DNA of 64,000 nucleotides from Bilabrum cf. latius (GCA_965178125.1 OZ237746.1:1-64000); one strand, 5' to 3'. Positions 51,013 to 63,510 are shown, counted from the first letter of the stretch. A program made the numbers and translations. Notes: generated from the sequence alone by a model not told the origin.

Positions 51013-54000
51013 CGTCCCCCTCCCGTGCCCAAGCGTGGGAGGGGGGGGTCCCACGCTTGGGCACCCCTGCCCAAGCGTGGGACCCCCCGTCCCACGCTTG
51101 GGCACGCTACGCCTGGAGCAGTCATCTGACTGCTTCAGCTAGTAGTTTTAAAGTTTTGATGAACTCAAAATAAGTTTTGGCTCACCTACTCTTTACCAAG
51201 ATGATTGAGGATCATGTTGTCGCGGACCAGCCTGTGTTTGGACAGGCGGAACAGATCCTTGGGGGGACGACGAGGATCGGCCCCACAATGATCGCGTTCG
51301 CGCGCAGTTCATAATATCGTTCGTTTTCGATATTTGATTCTGGATATGGATTTGTGCGCCGTTGTACCTTTTGGAAGGCCTGGAACGGGGGAGTGGTTCC
51401 GATGGACCACTTGCAGGTAGACAAAGCAAAGACAACCGTACACCTGACACAAAACGGTCCAACAGATTATGATGGTGCGCAAAGTGGCTATAGCCCATGT
51501 AAACTATCATACTTTTGGCACCAATGTTGGGGTTGCCATTGAGACACAAAGGACACAAGGGCTCGGACACTGTAGCTAAGATTTATCAATGTTTGTGGAG
51601 TCCTTGCATATATGCCTGATCCAGTATATGTCTCTGAATTCGGCTCAACCACAGCTGTTGCAGCACTGATACTGTTGTTCGAATGTGATTGCACTCCACT
51701 TTTGGTTGACCGTGATAGCTCCTTGCCAGCTCCCTTGCCAGCTTCCCGAACCTAATTGTTGCTGCAAGGTAGTGGCAATGCAAACATTCGGAAAATATTA
51801 TTACGCGCATATTCCATATATACTGAAGGTTGAATACGATAGTGACAAAGGGATGCGAACCGGACTACACTTTCACTACCTCACCTGTGATCTACTTCCA
51901 CAGACTGTGCAACGGATCCTTGCCGTAAACCGATCTAAGCTATACTTGCCTAAATTTGGCTAAGTTGTTGCACCGCCTCGAGCGTGCGATAAAACTCAAC
52001 CGAGGTAAGCCGTCGGAGATCCTGCAGCCGGACTCCTTCAGCTCCTCTGATGGTCTACTCAGCATCTCGATAGCCATCGAATAGATATCTACGCACTAAT
52101 TCCAATGTATTTGCGCACTTTTGGCTGCCACATCGTAAGCAGTGCGCATGCATCTTGTCCTTGATACCGAGCCGTGCACCACAAGGTGCAGTGGCCCACG
52201 ATACAGAGCTCATCACGCTGGTTGTAGAGCCCCGCACACACGAATAGTATAATAATAGCTAAAAGGGTACATCTAGACGAATGTGTAGGCGCGAAGAGTT
52301 GAGAATTTAGCCAAACTTTCTTGTTGCCTGCGAACAGCGGAACCAGATCGGATCAAAATCGCCGCGCCACGACCGTTGCAAATCGCGCACAAACAGCCTT
52401 GAGAGCATACATACAGTCAGTATATCAGGCGTTTGCACCTTCCAGTCATTACACTGGAGCTTGTTGCTGCCTTCGTGATTGGTGAGTACCTAGTTTCCCC
52501 AAAAAAACAGTACAATGATTGCGATGTAATGCACCGGCACCGCCAAGCAGGATGTCCCACTCAAATCTCGGAGGCAAGTATTGAATGTTTGCCCTACTCT
52601 AGCATCATTTTATTCAGCAGATCTGATAGATTTGATTCTGGAGCTATGATGCAGACAGCAGCGGCATCAGCCGCAAGCAGTGCGCCCGCCACGCTAAAAG
52701 GTCGTGAATTGGACAATGCTGCCAGCGCGGCACGGCCGATGGATTCGCAATCGCGATCGAGCCGAGCTGTGAGGTCCCCACCTCAGGTAGCTGTAGCAAT
52801 TTCGACCGGGACATTAGATGCAACCTTGTCCCCGCCGAGGGAAATACGAGCAAGGAGCACATTCAAGCTTCGTATAGGCTATGCTACAGCATATGCCAAG
52901 TGAAGCATTTGCACCACGGCTTGGAGGTTGCAATGATATGTCCCGTGTCCTAACGGCGGTGGTGATCGACACCGTAGCCGGCATGCTATGCAGGATTCCA
53001 GGTCGAGATCCGAGGCACGCCGCTACAGCAACTGAGTGCGAGTCGGACACATCATGGAGTCAACCATGTTTACATTCTCCAAGTTCCAATAGTGAACCAA
53101 GATGGACATCCAGGCAAATTCCATCCCGGCAAGTTGGCCAAGGTTAACGAGGCTGATGATGCTGTTGTCAGCTGTGCACGTGGCACTAAAAGTTACGGCG
53201 TGTCTTCTAGTTCAAGTTCGAGCGGGACATCATCTGCATTAGCTCTGAAAGCCAGGCTGTAGGTTCGACAGGGGTTGCTGGCTGCTCGGAGTATATAGAT
53301 GCTGTAGGGCCGCGAGCATGCCGTGTGGCTTCGTCTCGCTGTACCATGCCTTGTATACGCAGGACTGGATGGAGTGTGCGGTGCACATGCGTCCTATGGC
53401 AGTATGTGTCCTTGCTCCACTTCTCGGGCTGCGGTGAGTTCAAGTTGGATATTGCTATGGCTGCCTCGTTGGGTGTCGATGTTCAGTGGGCCTGCGACCT
53501 GCTGGTCGTTGCCGTGTTGACTGCACTCCCGCCCCCCACCGTAGCATGCCGTGTGGCTTCGTCTCGCTGTACCATGCCTTGTATACCATAACCGGCTGTG
53601 CATGCGCTATGAGGCAGGCTTGTACCGCTGCCGTTTCTCCAAGGCCAACGATTCTCCGCTGGCTTGGGATTAAGACATTCGTTGTGCAATATTTTGCATC
53701 ATTTGTCATGGTTTTCGAATTGATACTTTAATTTGTGGTGACCACTCACCGGCCTGGTGCGTGCTGGAGCTGGAAAGCATCGCGGACTCCAACCAGACCA
53801 TGGACTGGGTGGGTCTGACTCTGCCGCAGTAGGGCGAGATCTGAGCGACGTTATCGCGGCAGGGTCAGGGGGGAGGGGGGGGGTGCTGACTCGCTGGACA
53901 AGGCAGAGGAGGGGCTGCTACTAGTAGGCGATGGCTCCGATGCCAGAACGGGCTCGCCTCTGCAGATGGGCGACCTCCTGCGGTCTTCACTAGGCTACGC

Positions 54001-54452
54001 ATCCCCTGGGCCGTGGCATGGAGGCGGGTGCTTAGAGGGTTGGCCAGTCCACCGTAGGCTCGGGGTCTGGCTCGTCGGATACTCCGGGGACGAGGTCTGT
54101 AGAAGGATCGAGTTGAACTGACCTCTGCTTATGACTTGAGTGGCAAGCTTTGCTGCCACATCTTGCGTAGTACTACGTGAGGGTAGCCCTACTGTACCAC
54201 CAATCAGTGGTCCATCGCGTGACACCGAAGTGAATATATTGTAAGTAAAAGAAATATACAACCTACTAGTATAAGTAAGAGCAGCAAGATTCAATGCCAA
54301 GTTTATCCCCCTCCCTGTGCCCAGGCGTGGGTAATTAATTCCACGCTTGGGCAATTGACCATGTGCCCAAGCGTGACCCCACGCTTGGGCACCGGGGGAG
54401 GTGCCCAAGCGTGGGACCCCCCCCTCCCACGCTTGGGCACGGGAGGGGGACG
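51013..54452. mobile_element. Non-autonomous DNA-transposon-like element with 53-bp perfect TIRs and flanking TA
   Basis: 51013-51065 is the exact reverse complement of 54400-54452. TA at 51011-12 and 54453-54. Interior is lower GC with no recognisable transposase. Confidence 0.8.
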
Positions 54453-54501
54453 TATAGGTTCCGCAGTTCCCGACAGTTGCGGCAGCATTTCTGTGTGCGC
54501 A

Positions 54502-55779
54502 ATGAGCTGTGATTGCTGTCGATGCTTTGGTCGCTTAGCGCCGGAGGAGTAGTTTCGTAGATAGCTTATACACTTGGAAGCGAGTAAACGCAACTTGCGC
54601 GTCCGATCCGAAAGCTTGGCAGCAATCCAGACCTGGATAATGATTGCAGGGTATGCTTCATTCATTTGCATACCCGCCCTGTATTTGGTGTTGCTGTTTG
54701 GATTGAAACGCTTTGATGCTGCCTAGTACAAGATACTGTCGTTCTCCCTCTGGGTTGTTGGCAGCTTTTCTTGCTGGCTAGCATACAAAGGAATCGACTG
54801 GTTTCAGGGTAATGTGTCCAGATGGACCGAATAGGCTGAAGAGAAGCGGCAAGCAGTTCTACTTCAGGTCAAGGAAGAGCTACCACTCCGGCTCGCCAGC
54901 ACGTTGCTCTAGCACTTCGACCCCGATGGAAACCACAATTACGTGGTGGAGGACCCAAGGACTGCGGCCACGCTGCGCACAGTGCAGCAGGAGGAGCAGG
55001 CGCTGCTGCAATGCATCAACTAGTTAGCATATGAAATGCATCAGCGGGTGGGCGAGCACGCGGCTCGGGATGTGTTCTCCCGAGTGGGTCCCCTGGTGAA
55101 CCCCTTCATGTCCAGGCTGCCTGCCGTGCAGGCGCTCCGGGGGAACACGTTCGGGGCGCGGGCCATGAGGTTCGTGGCGGGAGCTGCCGTGGGGGATGAT
55201 GATGATGATGGAGGGCAGGGCAACGTGCCTGCCACGGTGGCAGCCAGGCCCCGTGGTGCGGATCGTATCTTGGCCGCGCGTGAGGGTGAGGATGGGGCTG
55301 GGGCACGGGGGCAGGGACGGGGGCTGGGGGCTGCCACGGCGCCACCGGCAAAGGGCGGTGCGGTGGGACTGGATAGGCGTGGCGGGAGACAGGCCGATGC
55401 CGATGGACAAGGAGCTGGCCGAAGGGGGAGCGAGGGCGGGCGTGGGCACGAGGTTGAAGCAGGGTGCGACGAGAGCAGCGGGACCAGTGGAGGCGGGCAG
55501 AGCGAGGGCCTGGGGTCCAGAGGCACGCCTACCAAAGGGGATGCGTGGGGCAGCGGGGCCAGGCAGCCCCGCCGGGCGCTGTCCTTCGGGAGGGGGGCAG
55601 ACTCCGGGGGGGGGGGCAAAGAAGGGGTTGCCAGCGAGGGGGGCACTCCTCCCTTGGGGAACACAGATTCGAGGGAGGGAAAGAAAGGGCTGGATGACGG
55701 GAGCGACGACACGGAGGAAGACCCAGCTGAACACTCGGAATCGAAATCAGCGGGTGGTGACAGCAAGAAAGACCGTTGA
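54502..55779 (+). CDS. Lunapark-like ER membrane protein (two TMs plus coiled coil; no C-terminal zinc ribbon seen)
   Basis: Single frame with 6 TAGs in the first 175 codons. Two TMs, then KRQAVLLQVKEELPLRLASTLL*HFDPD, resembling Lunapark ...AKLILERFDPD. Ends TGA. Confidence 0.6.
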
Positions 55780-55896
55780 TCCCTACCCCCAACTCCCGTG
55801 GGAGATTTCGTGCACGAGTCACAAGCAGAAGCAGTTTAGTACTTGCCGAAATCGCGATAATACCCTCGCATAGTTCGGTAGCCAGCCATTGGACCT

Positions 55897-58800
55897 TCAC
55901 TCGAATCCAAGCGAGCTGAAAAAGGCCCCTGCGTCGTCCTCGCTGCTGCCTCCCTCGGTGCCATCCCCGTGAGCCGCTCCCGTGTCCCCCTCCCCCTCAC
56001 CATCCACCTCAATCGACAGAACAGATCCGCCCCCATCGTATCCGCCATCGCCCGCCCCACCGCGCCCCCCTCTTGGAGACAGCCTCACCCCCGCCGCCCT
56101 AGCCTCCGCTGCTGCACGCCGCCTCTCCCGATCCAATCGAGCAGAGGCCTGGGCGCTGAGCCCTCCCCTGCCGCTGCCAGATCCCTGTCCGCTTCCAAGC
56201 GCCGCCCACCCCTCCCCTCCTCCTCCCCCGGACCCCATGGATCCCATGGAATCCATGGAATCCAAAGAGGCCAGTGAGGCTAGACTCGCCGCATCCTCCC
56301 GATCCTCCTCCTCCCCATCCAGCTGATTGCCACCGCCGCCCCCCCTGCTGCGATCCCTTGATGCATGCCGCGAGGAGGAGGACGAGGAAAGGCCCCCGCC
56401 CCTGCCACCACCCGCCCTGCCCCTGCCCCGCCTCGCCACGGAAGGGCTCGCCCCCACCAGCCTGCTCCTGGCCCCCTTGCCCCCGTGTGCCCCCGGAGAA
56501 GCGTCCCCCGGTGACCTCGACTGGGACACGGAAGGGGACAGCGAGGGAGACCCACCCCGCCCGAGAGACCCGAAGGCGCTGGCCACCGCTGTCCGCACGC
56601 CCGCCTTGCCCTTACCCTGGCCCTAGCCCTTATATTTGCTCGGTGCCACAGGCGCCCGACCTCTGTCTGCACTCGTCACGCCTGCAACCGGGCCATCCTC
56701 CCGGATGGCAGAGAGGCCAGTCCCAGACCTAGCCACCGTTCCCCCATGGTATCCCCCTGTTCCGCCACTGCCACTGCTGATACCACCCACCTGTCCCCCG
56801 CCCCCCACTTTGAGGCTGCCGTATCCCTCCCTGGCCCGCAAAGCACGCAGCGCATCCAGCCCCTGCCGCCCCCCCGTACCGATCCCCACCCCCATGCCCA
56901 CCTGCCCCGCGCCCACGCTCGCCCCTTGGCCGGATACAACCGTCCGGTAGGTCCCATCCTCTGCCAGCAGGCCCCGCCTCGCCCCCTGTTCCCCAGCCAG
57001 ACCCTCACTGCCCTCGCCGCCCCTGCCCCTCTTCCCGCCCCCCCTGCCCAGCGCAGCACCTAGGGCCAGCCCGAGCGCCCCATACCGACTGCACGCACCG
57101 CTCCTCCACGCCAGCCCAGTGCCCAACAGCGCAAGCATCGCAAATGTGCTACCCAGCCCGATGCCCAGCAGCTGCCCGTTCGTTAGCCCTCCCTTGCCCG
57201 GGGTGAACACCCCTGGCCTGACTGTGAAGAGATACTCGGCGGCTGCGTACGGAATGTACCCTCCCCCAAGTCCCCCGCCAAGCCCGAGGGCAGCCTATAG
57301 GTTCCGACCAGCAGCACGGGCAGCAGCACCACCACTAGCAGCAGCAGCAGCACCACCAGCAGCAGCACCACCACCAGCAGCAGCAGCAGCAGTTGCTCGA
57401 GTCCCCCGAACTACCCGACCTGCTCCAGCGCCCGGACCCGCTGCCTCGCTATACCCCCATTCCCAGAGATGCCCCGGGTCTGCTGAGAGATTCACAGTCA
57501 GCACCACCATGCACTGCACGGCCTAAAATCCGAATTTCTGCGGAGGTGCGTTCATCACGAGTCCGACAGAGTAGCCTGACACAACCCCGACCGCATGGTC
57601 AATCCCCCCCTCCCCCTTCCCTTCCCCTTGCAATGTCCCGCCTCCGCCCCCACCACTACTGCTCGGTTTGCCGATGGATACCTGCAGCACATCCTGCGTG
57701 CAGTTGGTCGCAACTGAGTAACGGTACTGCCTGCCCGGGCCCGAGCCAGCGGGGGCTGCCACCATCTGCCACCCCTCGGGCAGAACGAAGGGCTCGGGGG
57801 CCGGCTGGCCCAGGCTCTTGGTGACATCTGGGTGGTGTGGGCCGGCCTCTTGTGAATGCTGCTGCTGCTCATGGAGTGCAATGCTGTCGAGCGTCCCACT
57901 AGAAATGCCCCATCCTTCCTTCTTACCCCCACTAGAAGAACCCCATCCTTCCTCCTAAGCCCCATTGGATCCAGATCCATGGATCGATTCAGACTCGAAC
58001 CTCTACAGCGCCCTCCCGAACTGGTCCCTCATCAGCACGTTGAGCACTGCGGGCTGCGCGTCCCCTGCCCTCATCCAGGGCCGACTGCCCACCGGTGGAT
58101 CGGCGAGCACCACTCTTGGCACAGCAAATGACGGGCACGCGCCTGCAGTCCTCCACAGCACGCACGCGCTGCACGGGCTCGAGCAGTTGAGGCCGAGGTA
58201 CCCCTGGAGCTGCGCGCCGGGGACTGGGCCTGAGGGGCTCGCAGGGGTCGACCCCCATGCACTGTGCGGGGCTGGGATGGCGATGCCGGCCTCCCAGGCC
58301 CCGGGGGTTTGATCGCATGTGAAGACCGTGCGTGATCGGAGCAGGCTGTTGGGGGGGCAAGAGCTGCCGTTGGGCGCCAAAACAGTGGTATTCAGCGCCG
58401 CGACAAAGGATCCTATACCATCCCATGTCCGGGAGGAATTCGATTTGGGTGAAACAGCCAGCAACTAAGTGTTGGTTTCGGCATCGGTTGCAGCATCTTG
58501 ATGGGTGGAACTGGTAGGATCGTGCCAGCGAAGTAATCTTCTCAGGGGATCGCGATCTTCGTTGCTCTACTGGAGCACACCACCCCCAAATCCAATGCAC
58601 TGTGATGTTTGGTTCATCCAGTAGTATTTGGAGCACACGCATAGTGCGTCCTGTCCAGTGCTCGAACATGTACCGTTTGTCCAAAGCGACGGTTCTGATC
58701 CTTCGGATACCGGAGCATCAATACCTGAGCACGGGTTCGCGTACACAGCACTCGTTGATGCGTTTGAGATCCAAGCATGGGGCATGGTACCGCGGTGTTC

Positions 58801-58965
58801 AACTTCTTGTCTCATAGCAGTGCCAATTGCGGACATATTCAAGATCAAGCCTTGCCGAATGGCAACTACGCAATCTTGAGCGCCATCAAGTGAGTTTATG
58901 CAGGTTGATATCGGCTCCGCAGTTGCTACTGCAGCATATAGTACCAAAATAGCACGAAATACCAT
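55897..58965 (-). CDS. Hypothetical type-I membrane protein (about 1020 aa): signal peptide, Cys-containing ectodomain, TM
   Basis: Six same-frame ORFs joined by TAGs; MVFRAILVLYAAVATA signal; TM LLGIGLGSTFAMLALLGTGLAW. Ends TGA. Confidence 0.75.
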
Positions 58966-59181
58966 CAGATCGCCAACATAACAAGCACACGATAACCTAG
59001 AAAATATCCAATCAGCAACAGCTGGGTATTTTGTAACGCGCTATTTTCGTATTTTCCGAGCTGGAGTTGCTCGACTCGGCAATCCAAGTGCACAGTCACA
59101 GCAGTGGCCGCGCACTGTGGCATCCATCAAACACAATCCAATTTAATCTTCCTATTCCTTCTTTGGATTTTTATAGTTGGG

Positions 59182-61158
59182 ATGGGACTGTGTGGGTCAC
59201 GAGTGGTTCCAGCTCAGGACGCTTAGGACCTTCGATCCAACAGGGGAAGCTTCGCAACGAATGGAAGCAACTCAATATTTGACCTCAGCACAGTGGTTTC
59301 AGCTGAAGAAGGCCCTGTTGATGCCGCTGAAAGGCTAGGCTGGGTGATCGCTGCACTTGCAGGGATGAATGAGAAGAAGAGGTCACAGCAAAGCTTGAAG
59401 TAGGCGTTGGCGAGCCGTGCAAAGAGTGAAGCAACAGAATCTAACAGCGTTAAGTCGTCTCATCATTCAGCTGGGTCAGATGATAAACTGTCCGCGAAGC
59501 AAGCAATGCTATTGGAGAAGCAAAAATCCACCACTGATCCAGAGGCAGAGGACGAGGACGCGCCCCCGCTGGCCACCGTGAGGGTACGAGACCTCGTGCG
59601 GGTCCTGCGGCAGGTTCAACGCATGTTGCGTGGCAGACGCGGTCACACACTGCAGCTCAACGAGGACGGCACCATTGCGGCCCCCACCGCTCGCACACAC
59701 GAGCAGGCCGTCAGGGCGCTCTCGGCAGCCATCTTGCGGGTTGGATACGATGCAGCTGCCGATGAAGGCGCCGCGACAGGCAGCTACCTGAACCAAACCA
59801 TCCCTCAGGTCCTGCTTTAGAGTGACCGATCGAAGCCTGGAGCCGCTGATGGCAGTACAGGTGCCTCCCCCGAGGGCCCCCTGCCAGTGGGTGCAATCGG
59901 TCACTCGAAGACTGGGAGACCGAGCGAGAGCGTGACCAGTGAGAGCGTGGCGCGCGATGCTGCCTAGACGACGAACAATGCAGGTACGGGGACGGGCACA
60001 GGCATTGACATGCCAGTCGTTGCACCAGCAGCGGGGGCCATGGCTATGGCTAGGGCTAGGGCTCGTCGGACCGGCCCTCTGCCCCGGCAGCTGTCGGCCA
60101 AGTGGGCCTCCCAGGTGGCAGAGCGGGTGGTGAGACTGCACGGAGAGGAGACTGGCGGAGGGGCGGGAGACGGTGCTGTGGGGGGACACTCGGGGGAGAG
60201 GGAGAGGGAGAGGGAGAGGGAGAGGGAGATGGGGGGCAAGGCATCGAGGGGGCAGGGGCACGGGCGGGCGCGTGGGCGCGGTGGGCGTGCCTCCAGCTTC
60301 AGAAAGGGTCGCCATGATGAAGATAGAGATCACTACAGAGAGGAGGATGAAGGTGCGGGGCCAAACGGAAGCGGGCTAGCGGGGAGCCAGGCCACTGCTG
60401 GCTTGAATAGCAGCCGAGAGCGGTTCCGCAGCGGGCCCAGGGGGGCAGCAGGTACCCGGCTGGGAAACGAGACAGAGGAGGACGGGGTGAGGAGCCTGGG
60501 TATGCCCGTGGGGCCGGGGGCCGCGAGTGGGGACGAGATGGGGGGCCTAGGGAGCTTGGGGTCTCCGGGCGCGCTGCACTCGCACAAGGTAGCCATCGTC
60601 CCTGCGGAGGACGGGCAGCAGGGCGCGAGGGAAGACGAGTATGAGGAGGACGGGCAGTATATGAGCGCCATGCCTTTAGCGGGGGTTGATGGTGTAACGG
60701 GCGCACAGCAGGCACTTGCACAGCCCCAACCCCCCTGCAGTGACGGTGACAAGCCCACCCTGACGGCTGGGTCGCTGGGCGATGCCTCCGACACTGCCAT
60801 CCCCTCTGACACCAAGGAGCACCTAGCCGCTGTGGCACACACAGAGTCAGACACGGCGGGGACTGCCATGCGCGGGTCCTTGCTGCAGAGGCACCAGCTG
60901 CACTCGGCCAGCTTCACTGTGGGCCGGATGGGTGCGCGGCTGCAGGCTGGGATCCTGCGGCACGCGTCCATGGGTCAGATTGTGGGCAAGCGGGGCGATG
61001 TGGGGGGCGGCCTTGGTCGCATCCAGCACCCCTACAGCCCTCTGGTGTCGGACGGCAGTGAAGATGCCTCGAGCGTGGTGCCTTTGTCCCCCTTCCTCAA
61101 GAAAGGCCGCAGCGAGTTGGCGGGTCGCAAGGAGGGCAGTGTCCCCAATGTTTTCTGA
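59182..61158 (+). CDS. Hypothetical protein with N-terminal MGLCGS acylation-like motif
   Basis: Continuous frame with 4 TAGs from ATG 59182 to TGA 61158. Confidence 0.68.
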
Positions 61159-61233
61159 TATTTGGCTAGATCTAGTTTTGCTTGCTTTCTCGCCGTGTTG
61201 GATACCCATAGATCCATACGTGTACTGTTCGAA

Positions 61234-63510
61234 TTACTGGATCCTTCTCAACCTCACCATGCACAACCCAGACATGCCCGAGTCCAGTGGTGTGGCCCGC
61301 AGCATCCCGGGCACATCCTCGCTGGGCACCAGTTTAGGCACCGCTGGCACACCTGCCTCCCGTCCCCCTTTACTTCCAGTCGCACTCCCGCTCTGCTGCA
61401 GGGCCCTCAGCTCCAGGGGCTCTATCTGCAGGACCATGCCTTGTTCCTTAGCCCGCTACAGGACCCACTGTACCACACCCTCATTCTGGCTCCGAGTCAG
61501 GGAACACGTGGCGTACACGACCACGCCCCCCGTCCGGGTCAAACGCACCCCCTGCAGCAGCAGATCCCGCTGCAGCCGCACCAAAGCGGGAGCGGGAGCA
61601 TCTTGTGCATCCTGCACACCGTGTGAGATTGCATGCCCACCAGCGGATGATGTCACATCCTGCACACCGTGTGAGATTGCATGCCCACCAGCGGATGATG
61701 TCACATCCTGCACACCGTGTGAGATTGCATGCCCACCAGCGGATGATGTCACATCCTGCACACCGTGTGAGATTGCATGCCCACCAGCGGATGATGTCAC
61801 ATCCTGCACACCGTGTGAGATTGCATGCCCACCAGCGGATGATGTCACATCCTGCACACCGTGTGAGATTGCATGCCCACCAGCGGATGATGTCACATCC
61901 AGCGACAGAGGTGCGCAGGCCTCGGCAGTTGCGCCACTCTGGTTCGTTGCCCCTGACTATGCGCCAGCAGAGGCAGAGGCCGCACTACTCGTGGCCTCCC
62001 CTTCCTCCTCCCCTGGCAGCCCCGTCCCCGCTAGCACTGCAGGCGCGAACTTGTCCCAGCCCCATGCGTGATACTTTGCCAGGTGTCGGATAGACCCGTC
62101 CGTGCTGCAGGGGGCGTCCACCAGCACGCGGTCGTACTTCCCTTGGTGACACGACGAGGTGCATGCTGGCTCTACCGATGGGTGAGCCTGGGGGTGGGAG
62201 GGCACCATGGCAGGGGCAGGGGCAGGGACAGGGACAGGGACAGGGGCAGGGGCAGGGGCAGGGGCAGATGATGAAATACTACGCCCCTGAGGCGCCGTGG
62301 CGATCCCGAATGGCTCAGGTTGGCCGGCAGATGGCTTGCTAGACGAGTGCGGGTGCTCCGTGGCTGTCGATCCTCCCCCGGCATGGTTGCGTGCCAGCCC
62401 CAGCCCCGCCTCCATGGCCCACGCGGGCTCCTGCAGCCAGGCCACAGGCACTCTGCCGCCCTTCTCCAGCGCACCCGGCCGCCGCCGGATCGCGGCCAGT
62501 CGACTGCTGTCCATCGCGACTCTCGTGTGACGAGTGCCATCCACCGGAGGGGGTCTCTACTTGCCCTTTTCCTTCTTCTGTTTCTTTGACTCGCCAGCAT
62601 GCTGCGCACCCCTGCCCCCAGCGCCCTACCCGGTTCCTCCGGATCCAACTCCGGCTCTGCTGCCGCGCGATGCTCCAGCCTCAATTCTGGCCGCAGCCCT
62701 GGATCTCTTACCCCCAAGACGAGAATCTCTCCCCGATTCAGCCTTCATGCCTTCGTGCCCCTCCTCGTGCCCCTCCTCCTTCTCCTTCTCCTCGCGCCCG
62801 TCTGGCCCCGCCCAGCGCGGATCCTCGTCAAAGAACCGCCCGTCTGCTTCCACTAGGCGCACTCTCCAGTGGCCTCGCGCAATTCCAGGCCCCGCGAGCC
62901 CCGCTCGCCGAGCCAGCCCAGCCGCAATCTGCAGCCGATGCGCGCGGACGTCCACGCCAGTGAGCGAGCCGTGCCGACACATCAGGTCGCCAAGCAGAGC
63001 AAGTTTGCTGCCAGGGGCGCAGCAAAGGTCCAGCACGGAAGGGCCTCGTTCCATGTCCAGAGCTGCATCCGGCTCCCCCACTCCCAGCGCCAGGGCTGCT
63101 AAAATTGAGGATGCGTCGATGCCGTGAAGAGCGCCTGCAGCATACAAAGGAGACCGCTGCAGAGCAACGTCTCCAGGCAGTTGAAACACCCAATTTGCCC
63201 ATGCAACACTACTGGCTAACTGTGCTCCTGCAGTTTCCGGGCCATTCGAGCCCTCCGATGATGTGGACGGCAGCGAAGCACCAATAGAAGCAGGTGGTAG
63301 GGGGCCAATATCACCTGGCGCAGCTGAGTTGGGATGGAACGGACTCAGGCGAGAGTACCGAGCCAGCTCATTCGGTGGGATTTCGTAAATTTTTGTATTC
63401 ACGCCTTCCCGTCTTGCCCAGCTCAGGAACTCCGCCGGTAGGTGGTCACGCACTGCACCTCCACCACTGGTGTGCAGCTTTGATATACCGAATTTAAACG
63501 AATCAGACAT
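61234..63510 (-). CDS. RsmB/NOL1/NOP2/Sun-family RNA m5C methyltransferase
   Basis: GIDASS, VLDLCCAPGSK, YDRVLVDAPCSTDG, GGVVVYATCSLTRSQNEGVV, SGLCMVRLRR. Four ORFs joined by TAGs. Ends TAA. Confidence 0.88.
61608..61900. repeat. Coding 48-bp tandem repeat x6 (16-aa unit DVTSSAGGHAISHGVQ)
   Basis: CATCCTGCACACCGTGTGAGATTGCATGCCCACCAGCGGATGATGTCA at 61608, 61656 and onward. Confidence 0.95.

Noticed and set aside
8571-63510. Mass pseudogenisation or tiny introns explaining internal stops
   Set aside because: Interruptions are only TAG, frames are preserved, essential genes are involved, and motifs align across the TAG with no room for introns.
8571-63510. TAG as Leu, Tyr, Glu or pyrrolysine
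   Set aside because: Diagnostic positions (QLI, NDVxQ, FQ, GxQQ, poly-Q) point to Gln; a formal alignment tally is still needed.
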